Source: a virus (Duplodnaviria; Caudoviricetes). Taken from it: a stretch of 35,316 nucleotides of DNA. This document shows positions 23,703 through 33,002 of this stretch, piece after piece. How positions within the stretch are numbered: position 1 is the stretch's first letter; each line of letters begins with the position of its first letter. Position numbers and translations under genes: made by a program. The DNA lies in the IMG/VR virus record IMGVR_UViG_3300027874_000580, positions 1 through 35,316 of that record. One strand, given 5' to 3'. The notes below the pieces were generated by a model. The model made no database searches, was not told the origin of the DNA, and saw only the letters and a list, made by a program, of their open reading frames with translations.

Positions 23703-24788
23703 CTACTGCTGCTGCCTGCCGGCCTGGGCCTGGATGGCCTCCAGGCCGCCCCGGTTGTACCGATCATAAGGATCGGCCCGGACATAACGGCCGGACTCCT
23801 CCAGCACCCCCGCCCAGTCGGAGCCGTCGGACATCATGATGCACAGCCCGCCGGCGTGCGGGCACGACCACGAGCAGTCGTGCATGATCTCCACCGGCCG
23901 GCAGATGGTCCGCTGCACATGGTTGATCGCCTCGACGGTGCCGCCCGCGGCGTAGGCCTGATCGAGCGCGGCGCGGGCCTGGAGGATCTCATAAGCCACC
24001 TGCTGGATGCCGGCGAGGGTCGCGGCCATCGAGTCCGGGCCGTACCGGAACGGGTCGGAGCGCTCGTAGAACGGCGGCTTGGCCCTGGCCGAGCGCTTGA
24101 TCCGGCGCAGCATGTTGACCTGCCCGCCGAGCACCAGCGGCGCGTCCGGGCGGATCTGTGGCATCACGCCGGGCTGCGGCGGCGGGTAACCGGCTTTCAG
24201 CCACTGCACCAGGTTGTAGGTCTTCATCTGCGGGTCCATCCGCAGCATGTGCACCCGCTCGAAGTTCTCGACGGTCTTGTGGTCGATGAAGTGGAAGTAG
24301 CCGGTGGCGGTGTCGAGGCCGATCTGGTCCATCTTGCAGCGCAGCGCCACCCGGCCCTCGAAGCCGGGCAGCGGCACGGCGACTTCCTGCTCGACGGCGA
24401 CCACCTGCAGGGTGGCGTCGGCGTTCTCGTTCTGCACCCAGTCCAGGTACCCGGTGGCCATCAGAATGGCCAGCTCCCATTCGGCGCGCAGTTCCTTCTC
24501 GTCGTCGGGGTGCGCGGTGATCTCGGCGTTGTAGATCAGGTCGAGCACGATCTTCGGGTCGATCGAGCGCGGCCCGTACCAGCCTTCGAGGGCGGTGTGC
24601 ATGCGGATGCCGAGCTGCCGCTTGCCGAACGGCTTCTCATCGGCGGGCAGAAAGCCGAGGTAATGCTCGACAAACCAGCGCCGCGGGCAGCGCTTCCACT
24701 GGCCCATCTCGGTGTTGGACAGCCCGAGGACGCCGTTGGTCAGCGGCCCGTTGGCGGGGCTATGCAGCAGGGGTTCTGTCATGGTCAT
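23703..24788 (-). CDS. PD-(D/E)XK (RecB/Cas4-like) exonuclease
   Basis: LSNT....WKRCPRRW, G..MH.ALE, VEQE, KMD, IDHKT, Q..YN and a C-terminal Cys cluster. Confidence 0.85.
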   Translation of the reverse strand: MTMTEPLLHSPANGPLTNGVLGLSNTEMGQWKRCPRRWFVEHYLGFLPADEKPFGKRQLGIRMHTALEGWYGPRSIDPKIVLDLIYNAEITAHPDDEKELRAEWELAILMATGYLDWVQNENADATLQVVAVEQEVAVPLPGFEGRVALRCKMDQIGLDTATGYFHFIDHKTVENFERVHMLRMDPQMKTYNLVQWLKAGYPPPQPGVMPQIRPDAPLVLGGQVNMLRRIKRSARAKPPFYERSDPFRYGPDSMAATLAGIQQVAYEILQARAALDQAYAAGGTVEAINHVQRTICRPVEIMHDCSWSCPHAGGLCIMMSDGSDWAGVLEESGRYVRADPYDRYNRGGLEAIQAQAGRQQQ

Positions 24789-26718
24789 CTCCTGGTACGG
24801 TCTCGCCCGGCTGGACGTCGATCATCCAGCGGAGCACGGTGCCATCTTGGGTGATCTGCTCATGCCTGGCCTCCTTGACCAGGCCGAGCTGGTAGAGGCG
24901 GATGTCGACGGTGCCCGCCGACAGCGACCACACCTGGCGGAACGGTGTGGTGCGGCCGAACCGGTCCCCCCGTCCTGTCTTCTGCTCCCGGCCCCGGAAC
25001 GTCGGGTCGGGCTGCATCCAGAAGATCCCCTCGGCCTCGGGGAGGTCGATCGCCTCGCCGCCGGCGTCGGTGATGAAGATGATCCGCACCTGGCCGCTGC
25101 GGAACTGCTGGGCGGCGGCGTCCTTCTCGGTGTGGCCCATGCCGCCGGTGATCTTCGTCCAGCCGATGTTCGCCTCGGCCAGTTTCGCCTCCGACAGCCG
25201 CACGCAGGCGGGGGAGTTGATGCCGATGATCCACTGGCCGGGCTCGTTGTCGAGGAAGTCCATCAGGTCATCGACCTTGTTGGACGGCGCGCACATGGTG
25301 ACGGCTTGGTCGCTGAACCCCACCGCGTCCTCGACGTCGGTGGTGGCGACGGTCGCGGTGGCGAGCTGGCACAGCCGCCCGAACTGCACCACCGAGTTCG
25401 CTGGCACCAGGGTCTCGCCGGGCTCCAGCTCGGCCAGGCCGATCTTGGCGATGGCGTCGTAGACCCGCTTCTGCCGGGGTGCCATCGGCGGGTAGCGGAA
25501 CTCCGGGTCGGCCATCGCCGGCTCGCCGGGGCGGGCCATCTCGCGCGGGATGCGCCGGAAGTAGGGCATGGTCACCGCGTGGAACGTGGCCTCGGTGTCC
25601 GGCCGCAGGTCGAGGATCACCTTGCCCTTGCCGGCGAAGGCGAAGTCCTGCAGCGCGTACAGGTCCAGGTACTTGGACCGGGACGGCCAGGCCCGGGGGT
25701 CGAGGCCGTGCAGGATCGCCCACAGGTCTTTGACCGAGTTCGGTGTCAGGGTGCCGGTGGTCGGCCAGCAGTTCTCGGAGTGCATCATCAGCCACCACAC
25801 CGCGCGGGACTGCTTGGAGTGCGGGTCCGCGAGGCGGTGCGCCTCGTCGGGGATGACGGTGCGGAACCCGCGCCCGCTCTCCCCCCAGGCCAGCTCGTTG
25901 AACTCCTTCTCGCACTGCTCACACGCGGTGGCCGATTTGCCGGTGGACCCGCCGTGCTTATTGCAGGAGACAAACGCTTGTCCCGGGTAGGCGGCCAGCC
26001 GGGTGTGGAACCGGACGTTCTGCCAGACGATGATGCCGACATCGGCGTCCCCGGCCGCGATCTTGGCGATGGCGCTGCGCCGCTTGGCCGCGGAGTCGGT
26101 GATCAGCACGGTGCGCAGCTCGGGTGCCCAGGTGCCCAGTTTCCGCTGCCAGGACAGCGGCGCGGAGTCGGGGCAGATCACCAGCGCCGGCAGCGCGGAC
26201 TCCTGCTCGTGCAGGTACTGCATGGCCCGGATCAGCGGCGGCGTCTTGCCGTTGCCGCGGGCGTCCCCGAGGATGTTGCGCCGCCAGTTCAGCAGGTACT
26301 GTACCGCGCCGCGCTGCGGGCCGTTGAGCTGCGGGCCGCCAGGCAGCTCCTTGCCCACCAGCCAGGACAGGATCTCCGGGTCGGTGGCGTCCAGCGCCGT
26401 CCGGTCGGCCATCCGCTTAGCGAACTGCTCACGGGCGGCGGCCACCCAGGCCTGCAGGCCGGGGTAGATGTGGATGCCCGGGATGTAGGCGGGCAGCTCG
26501 GAGTCGGCGGCGTACACCGGCCTGGGCGGGAACACGGTCATCAGCGCGCCGAAGGCGGGCCAGGACAGCGGCACCTTCCAGAACCCGTCGTCCTTGCTGT
26601 GGTTGCAGCCGGGGATCTGCTTGGCCAGGACGTACTCAGGCGGGCTGCAGCCGATGGCCATCACCGGCGGGTCCGAGCCGGGGATGACGTCGGCCCACGC
26701 GCCGCTAGATCCGGTCAT
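24760..26718 (-). CDS. SNF2-family helicase
   Basis: GDARGNGKT, LVICP, DEAH, TGT and EQKTGRGDRFG motifs. Confidence 0.9.
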   Translation of the reverse strand: MTGSSGAWADVIPGSDPPVMAIGCSPPEYVLAKQIPGCNHSKDDGFWKVPLSWPAFGALMTVFPPRPVYAADSELPAYIPGIHIYPGLQAWVAAAREQFAKRMADRTALDATDPEILSWLVGKELPGGPQLNGPQRGAVQYLLNWRRNILGDARGNGKTPPLIRAMQYLHEQESALPALVICPDSAPLSWQRKLGTWAPELRTVLITDSAAKRRSAIAKIAAGDADVGIIVWQNVRFHTRLAAYPGQAFVSCNKHGGSTGKSATACEQCEKEFNELAWGESGRGFRTVIPDEAHRLADPHSKQSRAVWWLMMHSENCWPTTGTLTPNSVKDLWAILHGLDPRAWPSRSKYLDLYALQDFAFAGKGKVILDLRPDTEATFHAVTMPYFRRIPREMARPGEPAMADPEFRYPPMAPRQKRVYDAIAKIGLAELEPGETLVPANSVVQFGRLCQLATATVATTDVEDAVGFSDQAVTMCAPSNKVDDLMDFLDNEPGQWIIGINSPACVRLSEAKLAEANIGWTKITGGMGHTEKDAAAQQFRSGQVRIIFITDAGGEAIDLPEAEGIFWMQPDPTFRGREQKTGRGDRFGRTTPFRQVWSLSAGTVDIRLYQLGLVKEARHEQITQDGTVLRWMIDVQPGETVPGDDHDRTPAA

Positions 26719-27109
26719 CAGTGATCCTCCCTTGTGCCAGTACGATCCTCCACCCGCCCCAGGGCAGGCCAGGCTCGGCCACCACCGGCAGGCCGAGCTG
26801 GAGCACCTGCGGATGGCCGCCGGCGAAGTCCCCGAACGACGGCAGGACGTACTTGGGGATCAGTGCCAGCACCGCCGGGTGGCACTCGAAGACCATCTTG
26901 TCCCGCAGCCAGTCCAGGTCCATGTTGCCCGCGACTTCCCGCAGCTCATTGACCATGGCGGTGACGTCGGCGGCTTCCTGGGTCAGGCCCTCGCACTGGT
27001 AGCCCTCGGAGCCGCCGCCGGACCACACGATGTGCCTGCCGTGCACGCCGTCGATGCGCTGGCTGCCGAAGTGGCCCGCCTGGCATACCGGCTTGCTGAT
27101 CTCGATCAC
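26705..27109 (-). CDS. Hypothetical protein
   Basis: GTG 27109 overlaps the upstream stop, high GC3. Confidence 0.6.
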   Translation of the reverse strand: MIEISKPVCQAGHFGSQRIDGVHGRHIVWSGGGSEGYQCEGLTQEAADVTAMVNELREVAGNMDLDWLRDKMVFECHPAVLALIPKYVLPSFGDFAGGHPQVLQLGLPVVAEPGLPWGGWRIVLAQGRITDDRI

Positions 27110-27339
27110 GCCATCACCGTGCCGCGGGCACCGCCGGGGCAGACACACAGCGCCGGCTTGTAGCCGCACAGGCACCGGTTGGGGGTGCAGTCCGGGCACC
27201 AGCGCGGCTTGCGCGGCCTGCGGGGCGCGTCCGGATGGTCCATGTCCGCCTCGACGCCGGCCAGCAGCCCGGGGTCTGCGGGGACGTGGGTGCTGTTGTG
27301 CGAGCGGGATTTCCTGCCATTCTTCCCCATGATCATCAT
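27106..27339 (-). CDS. Small Cys-rich hypothetical protein
   Basis: CPDC..CLC..CVC, with AAGGATGA upstream. Confidence 0.55.
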   Translation of the reverse strand: MMIMGKNGRKSRSHNSTHVPADPGLLAGVEADMDHPDAPRRPRKPRWCPDCTPNRCLCGYKPALCVCPGGARGTVMA

Positions 27340-27357
27340 CCTTCATCTGGGTCTGTG

Positions 27358-27816
27358 TTACACGTTACGCGCGGCCTCCGACAGTACCGCCGCGATGGCC
27401 GGGGTCATCTGCCCTTCGCGCATCAGCCACGCCAGCATGTGCTGGGCGGCGGACTGCGCGTCGTCTTTGCCGGGCACCCACCAGCCGAGGGCCTCCAGCA
27501 TCGCCCTGGTGGCTTTCTTGCGCTGCTCGGGCCTGGCCGACAGCAGCCGGCACCGGTACCTGGTGGCGTACCGCCGCACCACCCCGATCATCTCGATGGC
27601 GTGGTGCGCGTCGTCCTGCGGCGTGCCGGGGATGATGGTGTAGGTCTCGTACCCGATGGTCAGCGCGGGCCCCCACCGGGCGCAGGAGTCCTCGACGTGG
27701 TCGCCGGCCTCCATGAACTTCCACTCGTCCGCGAAGAACGCGGTGCCGGACTGCCACAGCCACGCCAGCCCGGTGTCACCGCCCGGGTCCACCCACAGCA
27801 CCACCGGGGGAATCAC
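27358..27816 (-). CDS. RuvC-like Holliday junction resolvase
   Basis: LWVDPGGDTGLA, IGYE, EMIG and DDAQSAAQH RNase H-fold motifs. Confidence 0.75.
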   Translation of the reverse strand: MIPPVVLWVDPGGDTGLAWLWQSGTAFFADEWKFMEAGDHVEDSCARWGPALTIGYETYTIIPGTPQDDAHHAIEMIGVVRRYATRYRCRLLSARPEQRKKATRAMLEALGWWVPGKDDAQSAAQHMLAWLMREGQMTPAIAAVLSEAARNV

Positions 27817-28415
27817 CGCCGGGCTACCTTCCGTATCACGACCTGGCCTGAGCGCTGCTCGGCATAGACCTTGCCCGCGAAACCGAGCCGCCGGATCGAA
27901 CCGTTGATCGCAGCGATCGAGCTGCCGTCCACGGTGGCGGCATCCTCACCGGAGTCAAGGAACGCCCGCAGCACAGCCCGGCTGACCGAGGGGTACTGGG
28001 CGGGCATCTTCGGGGTCAGTTGGTACTCCACCAGGTCTGGGTTCTGCAGCTCCCAGTCACGCACGGCACGGCGTTCCCGGGCAGCGCCCATCTGCTCCCA
28101 GGCCAGCAGTTTCGATTCGCAGCGCCTCTGGTTACACAGCCAGACATAGCTTCGGATATGGTCGATCGGGCTGACTACCAGCCGCCGCCGCCTGGATTTG
28201 CGGAGGCAGTACCCGCACCCCTGGCCATTGAACTTCCGCTGGGTGATGTGGAGCTTGACCCATATCCTGGCCCTGGCCCGCCACAGCAGGATGTCGCGGT
28301 CCTCGTTCTTCCAGTAGCGCGGGCCGAGCCCGTTGTGCGGGGCAGCCTCGCGCATCTTTTCCAGCGTTGGTGCTGTCACTTGATCCACCGTTCCTTCATG
28401 ATCTGGCCCTCCCAC
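27813..28415 (-). CDS. Hypothetical protein with CxxC (start uncertain)
   Basis: Fills the gap between the polymerase and resolvase genes. CGYC..C....C. Confidence 0.55.
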   Translation of the reverse strand: MGGPDHEGTVDQVTAPTLEKMREAAPHNGLGPRYWKNEDRDILLWRARARIWVKLHITQRKFNGQGCGYCLRKSRRRRLVVSPIDHIRSYVWLCNQRRCESKLLAWEQMGAARERRAVRDWELQNPDLVEYQLTPKMPAQYPSVSRAVLRAFLDSGEDAATVDGSSIAAINGSIRRLGFAGKVYAEQRSGQVVIRKVARR

Positions 28416-30178
28416 AGGATCGGCACCCGGTAGTGCTCGCGGTCGGTGATCAGCGCGGTGACATCCCGCAGCACCGCCCCGGCGTCGGCGGCGGGGACCT
28501 CCGCGAAGATCTCGTCATGGTGGGTGATCCGCAGCGCCGGGCCGTAGCCGGCCGCGTCGAGCCCCACCACGGCGTTCTTCAGGATCTCCGCGGAGCTGCC
28601 CTGGATGCGGTAGTCGATGAGGGCGTAGGCCTTGTCGGCGTACAGCCGCCGGCCCCACAGCGTGTGCACCTGCGGCCGGTGGCCGCGCCGTTTCTGCGAC
28701 TGCACCAGCCGGAAGGAGTCCCGGGACAGGGTGCGGTACCGCGCCTTGAATCCCTCGTAGATGGGTTCGAGGTCGAGGACCGACACCCCCGCGGTGGCCG
28801 CCGCCGTGTCCAGGCCGGACCCGTAGATGGTCGCGTAGCTGGTGTTCTTGGTCATGGTGTAACGCGGGTCGCGCTTGGAGATCTCGGTGCGGTAGATCTG
28901 CCCGGCCAGGTTGACGAAGAACGACGTGCCGCTGTCATCGCAGAAGGCGAAGTCCGCGATGAGCTGCCGGTCCCCGGAGAAGTGCGCCGCCATCCGCATC
29001 TCGATCTGCGCGGCGTCCCACGAGCAGAACACCATGGACGGCCGGGGCCGGAAGGAGCCCCGGATCTGCGGGAAGTCCCGGTCGAAGGTCTGCATCGCCG
29101 GCTCTGTGACCGACTGCCGGGACGTGTGCGCCGCGCCGATCGAGTGGATCGCGTAGTGGATCACGTCCTGTTCGTCGGCCATCGCCAGGAACTTGCCGAA
29201 GTGCCGCCCGAGCACCGCCTGGGCCTTGCGGGCGTTGCGCAGCGTGGAGATCAGCCCGGCCGCCTGCGGGTAGGCGGCGGCGTAGTGCTCCATGGTCTCC
29301 TTGTCGATCTGCGGCCGGCCGGTCTTGGCGGTGCGCCGCTCGATCGTCACCCCCGCCCGCTGCAGTGCCGCGCCGACCTGCTCCCCCGACTCCACCGAGG
29401 TCACCCCGTGCTCGGCGGCCAGCCAGGCGAGGGCCTGGGCGCACCAGGCGCTGATCTGGTCCTCCCAGTGCATGATGTAGGGCCGGTCGATCATCATGCC
29501 GGTGTGCATCATCTGCGCGCAGATCCGCGCGTAAGCCAGTTCGAGGTCGTAGGCGTGGCCGAAGGACCCGCGGACCTCGGGCAGGTGCCTGGCCAGCAGG
29601 TGGCTGGTCAGCACCGGGTCACCCGCGCCGTAGCGCCAGAACGGCGGGAAGTCATCGGGCACCGTGGCGTAGGTCCACTTCTGCGCCTTCATCGCCTCGT
29701 CCAGCTCACCCTGCCAGGCCATCGCCGTCGGGTCGATGTCGTGGGCGGCGCGGGGCTTCAGCGCGAGCGCCTTGGACGGGTGCATGCCTGGCGGCGCGGA
29801 ATCGGCCAGGTGGGAGGCGAGCTGGGCGTCCTCGATCTGCGCCCAGTTCAGCCACAGCCCGTGATGGTGGCCGAGAACGAGGTAGTCATACGGGGCGTTG
29901 AAGAACCCGATCCGGCCGGTGTATTTGGCCAGAACCTCGTGCGCGCCGCCCATCCATTCCGGCGGGAACGCCCAGCCGTTCCACAGGTCCCCGAGCTGGG
30001 TCATCCGGTGCTTATCACGCCACCAGGCCAGCCCCGCCGATTCGGTGTCGGCGCACAGGATGTCGCGGCGCTCACCGGCCCACCTGCGGAAGGCGTCGAG
30101 GGTGTCCAGGTCGGTGACATGGTGGAGCTGCACCTGGTCGAGCACGCCGCCGCGGGATGGTGCCTGAGCTGTCGTCAT
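28376..30178 (-). CDS. Family A DNA polymerase with 3'-5' exonuclease, no 5'-3' exonuclease (phage type)
   Basis: Exo I ADTES, Exo II NAPYD, Exo III YGAGD. Motif A DAAQIEMR, B KNTSYATIYG, C HDE. Confidence 0.92.
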   Translation of the reverse strand: MTTAQAPSRGGVLDQVQLHHVTDLDTLDAFRRWAGERRDILCADTESAGLAWWRDKHRMTQLGDLWNGWAFPPEWMGGAHEVLAKYTGRIGFFNAPYDYLVLGHHHGLWLNWAQIEDAQLASHLADSAPPGMHPSKALALKPRAAHDIDPTAMAWQGELDEAMKAQKWTYATVPDDFPPFWRYGAGDPVLTSHLLARHLPEVRGSFGHAYDLELAYARICAQMMHTGMMIDRPYIMHWEDQISAWCAQALAWLAAEHGVTSVESGEQVGAALQRAGVTIERRTAKTGRPQIDKETMEHYAAAYPQAAGLISTLRNARKAQAVLGRHFGKFLAMADEQDVIHYAIHSIGAAHTSRQSVTEPAMQTFDRDFPQIRGSFRPRPSMVFCSWDAAQIEMRMAAHFSGDRQLIADFAFCDDSGTSFFVNLAGQIYRTEISKRDPRYTMTKNTSYATIYGSGLDTAAATAGVSVLDLEPIYEGFKARYRTLSRDSFRLVQSQKRRGHRPQVHTLWGRRLYADKAYALIDYRIQGSSAEILKNAVVGLDAAGYGPALRITHHDEIFAEVPAADAGAVLRDVTALITDREHYRVPILWEGQIMKERWIK

Positions 30179-30204
30179 GATCAGAATCCTGTCTCAGCCT
30201 GGGG

Positions 30205-30414
30205 TCAGACTACTACGTGGTCACACTTGCCCTGCCGGCAGTTGAACGACTGGATGGCGTGGGTGGCCCACCAGTCGAGGATGTCGGCGGTGTCGCCGGG
30301 GCGGGCCTCCCCGGCCTGCACCCGGCGCACCGCGGGCGCGATGGGATCGCGGAAGTCGACGGTGATCAGCTCGCTGCTGATCATCACCGTGTAGTGGAAC
30401 CGGCCCTCGGTCAT
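30205..30414 (-). CDS. Hypothetical protein
   Basis: ATGA coupling, C....CDH ending. Confidence 0.55.
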   Translation of the reverse strand: MTEGRFHYTVMISSELITVDFRDPIAPAVRRVQAGEARPGDTADILDWWATHAIQSFNCRQGKCDHVVV

Positions 30415-30689
30415 CCGCGCTCGGCACCCGCCATCAGCGCCACCACGGCGTGGATCAGCTCGGCGTCCATGCGTGGCAGCGCGTACGGCCCTTCCTGCGC
30501 GGCCAGTTCCCGCGGCCCGGCACCAGCACGGACCATGGTGACCAGGTGGTGGTCCATCGCGCTGTGCATGCCCAGGCGGCCACGGATCTCCTCCAGGCCG
30601 CGCCGCAGGTGCCCCAGCACGCAGGCGATCTCGGTGTCGTCCCAGTACCTGGGCTGTCTGTCGGCGGCAGGAGCGGCTGAACCAGTCAT
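30411..30689 (-). CDS. Hypothetical protein
   Basis: High GC3 from ATG 30689. Confidence 0.5.
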   Translation of the reverse strand: MTGSAAPAADRQPRYWDDTEIACVLGHLRRGLEEIRGRLGMHSAMDHHLVTMVRAGAGPRELAAQEGPYALPRMDAELIHAVVALMAGAERG

Positions 30690-30760
30690 GGGTGGCCCCC
30701 GGGTGTCTGGTGGTTGCTGGCCTAATGGTGGCACGCCGCGCTGTCAGTACGGGGGACGCT

Positions 30761-31369
30761 TCACCGGATCACGGCGGGCTCGGCGCTGATGATCCAGGTG
30801 GGGTCGTTGCGGGCGCATTCTTCCAGCAGCGCCCGGGTGGTCTCGTGCACCGTGGTGGTGACCACGCCGCCGCGCCGCTTCTTCACCGTCAGCCGCCTGA
30901 CCAGCGCGTCGGCGGTGTCGCACTGGTCGATGGTCACCCGCGGCTTCTCATACCGGATGATCGCGCCGGTCTTCAGCTCCTCGGGGTAGGGCGGCTGGCA
31001 GTCCTCGCAGGAGACCAGGTCGCCCAGGCCGAAGGCGGTGATGGTACGGCCTTCGGCGTGCTGCCCGGGTGCGGCCTGCACCAGGCTGATCATCTGCTCG
31101 CGGGTCATCTGCGCGCCGCGCTGGTCACCAGTCGCGGTCAGGCAGGTGGTGACCGCCTTGTGGAAGACCATGCTGTAGGCCAGCCGGGCGACCACGTAGC
31201 CACCCGATTCCAGCTTCCACACCCGCTGGTGCGACCAGCGCGGGGACGGCTCCTCGGTGTCCGGGTTGATCCGCCAGGACGTCTGGTCAGCGATCTTCCA
31301 GCCGACGATGGTGGTGCCAGGCGACACCCCGTCAGTGATCTCAGCGGTATCCATCGCGTCCGGGTCCAC
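30761..31369 (-). CDS. Hypothetical protein, first gene of leftward replication operon
   Basis: SD GGAGG. RW....WKLESGGYV...S.VFH...C...CEDC.P motifs. Confidence 0.75.
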   Translation of the reverse strand: MDPDAMDTAEITDGVSPGTTIVGWKIADQTSWRINPDTEEPSPRWSHQRVWKLESGGYVVARLAYSMVFHKAVTTCLTATGDQRGAQMTREQMISLVQAAPGQHAEGRTITAFGLGDLVSCEDCQPPYPEELKTGAIIRYEKPRVTIDQCDTADALVRRLTVKKRRGGVVTTTVHETTRALLEECARNDPTWIISAEPAVIR

Positions 31370-31480
31370 ATCTGCCTCCAGTCAGCATCCTTGCCTGAAT
31401 GGTAGCGCCCCGGCCGCCGCCATCATTCCTGCTGTCTGAGGCCCACGGTACGCTGAGCGGGCAGGAACTGGATTCAGGAG

Positions 31481-31699
31481 ATGATCATTTTGGCCGCTGT
31501 GCTGCTGGCCGACCCCACGCTGCCGCACCAGATCGTGCTCCGGTTCACCGGGCAGGCGATCGTCGTGTCGTGCAACTGCCTGCGGGTCCGCCATGACCGG
31601 GGCTGGCACTGGCAGCCGCTGGGCTCCAAGACCCGGTGGGAACCGGGCGAACCGGCCGCGCTGTGGCGCGAGCACATGGCGGCGGTGCCCGGTGACTGA
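31481..31699 (+). CDS. Hypothetical protein
   Basis: H...VSCNC...WREH pattern. First rightward gene. Confidence 0.6.
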   Translation: MIILAAVLLADPTLPHQIVLRFTGQAIVVSCNCLRVRHDRGWHWQPLGSKTRWEPGEPAALWREHMAAVPGD

Positions 31700-32657
31700 G
31701 CACACCTGCCTGAACTTCGACGGCGACCCGCGGGTAGGAGCGCTCGGCCTGGGCGCGGCGGCGCTGCGCTACCAGGCGATGGGATATGCGGTGCTCGCGC
31801 TCGGGCAGGGCGGCAAGCGGCCCTCCTCGATGTTCGCGCCACCACCGGGAGCCGAGCCCGGCTCCGCGGGCGTGCACTGGGCCACCACCGACCCGCGCAT
31901 GGTCTCCTACGTGTGGGGCCGCGAGCCGCTGTCCGGCGTCGGCGTGGCCACCGGCAGGGGCAGCAACCTGGTGGTGGTCGACCTCGACGTCAAGCGCGGC
32001 GAGGACGGCCCCGGCAATTTTGAACGGTTCCAGATAGAGGCGTCCGCCGTGGGCGTGCTGGACTGCTATGTACCCGCAAACGTCGTAGTGTCTACGCCAT
32101 CTGGGGGATACCACATCTGGCTGCGCACCCCGCCGGGGCTCGCGGTGCCGACCCGCCCTGGCATCCTGCCCGGCGTCGACATCAAGGGTGATGACGGCTA
32201 CGTCGCCGCGGTGCCATCGAGGGTGTGGGAAGGCGACGTGCTGCTGCCCTACCGGATGGTGCGCGGCTGCCCGTGCACCGTGCCGGCCGCGCCGCCATGG
32301 TTCCTGCGGTGGATCGAGCAGGCGCAGGCCACCGGCACCGACCATGGTGAGAACGGCCAGCCGCTGCCCGGCCTGGAGCTGCTCCAGGCCGCCGGTCTGC
32401 CGGTAGGGGAGCGGAACGTCACGCTGTACCGCCTCGCGTGCTCGCTGTACCGGCGCTACGGCACCGGCCCGGTGGGCGTGGCCAGGGCCAGGATCGACCT
32501 CGAAACCGTGTGGGCGGCCACTGACAAGCGCGGCTTCACCATCGCGGAGAAGGAGCGCACCATCAGCGGTGCGCTGTCGTTCGTGCGACGATCTGAGCGG
32601 GAACGGGACGAACGGATGCGGGCCCTGACCACCTGGCCCGCGTGGAACGGCAGGTGA
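31692..32657 (+). CDS. Bifunctional DNA primase/polymerase (Prim-Pol) with PriCT-like domain
   Basis: A.RY..MGYAV..L..GGKRP, ATTD, GVATG, VVVDLD, TPSGGYH, GVDIKG..GYV and GERN.TLYRLACSL. Confidence 0.9.
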   Translation: MTEHTCLNFDGDPRVGALGLGAAALRYQAMGYAVLALGQGGKRPSSMFAPPPGAEPGSAGVHWATTDPRMVSYVWGREPLSGVGVATGRGSNLVVVDLDVKRGEDGPGNFERFQIEASAVGVLDCYVPANVVVSTPSGGYHIWLRTPPGLAVPTRPGILPGVDIKGDDGYVAAVPSRVWEGDVLLPYRMVRGCPCTVPAAPPWFLRWIEQAQATGTDHGENGQPLPGLELLQAAGLPVGERNVTLYRLACSLYRRYGTGPVGVARARIDLETVWAATDKRGFTIAEKERTISGALSFVRRSERERDERMRALTTWPAWNGR

Positions 32658-32663
32658 CCACAG

Positions 32664-33002
32664 ATGCTGTATGACCTGGTGCTCGGGCTGATGTTCGCGG
32701 TGTGCGTCACCGCGTTCGTGGTGGCCCTCGGCGGGATCTGCGGGTATGGCATCCACACCGCCCAGGTGGTCGCGGTGATGCTGGAGACCCGCTACGGCTG
32801 GCGGGACTCCCGGGCGATCCTGCGCAAGCGGGCCCGGTCCAAGTACGGGCTGCCGCCCAGCCACCGCAAGCAGCGGGTGTTCGCCCCCGCCTACATGATG
32901 CGCAGGGAACTGCCCGCTGGTGATGGCGACACCCTGGTGATGATCCCCGACGACCCCACCTGGCGGGTCCGTGCGGAAATCGAGCGGAACCATGAGTGGT
33001 GA
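32664..33002 (+). CDS. Membrane-anchored hypothetical protein
   Basis: N-terminal hydrophobic helix. Confidence 0.6.
   Translation: MLYDLVLGLMFAVCVTAFVVALGGICGYGIHTAQVVAVMLETRYGWRDSRAILRKRARSKYGLPPSHRKQRVFAPAYMMRRELPAGDGDTLVMIPDDPTWRVRAEIERNHEW

Noticed and set aside
23703-24788. Cas4 of a CRISPR system
   Set aside because: No array or other cas genes. The gene sits in a standard phage AAA_24/SSB/SNF2 recombination module.
21585-24854. 1089-aa plus-strand ORF
   Set aside because: Antisense shadow of three well-supported minus-strand genes, common in high-GC DNA, with no motifs.
24712-30394. Long plus-strand ORFs 24712..26724 and 28367..30394
   Set aside because: Antisense to the SNF2 helicase and the DNA polymerase, with no recognisable domains.
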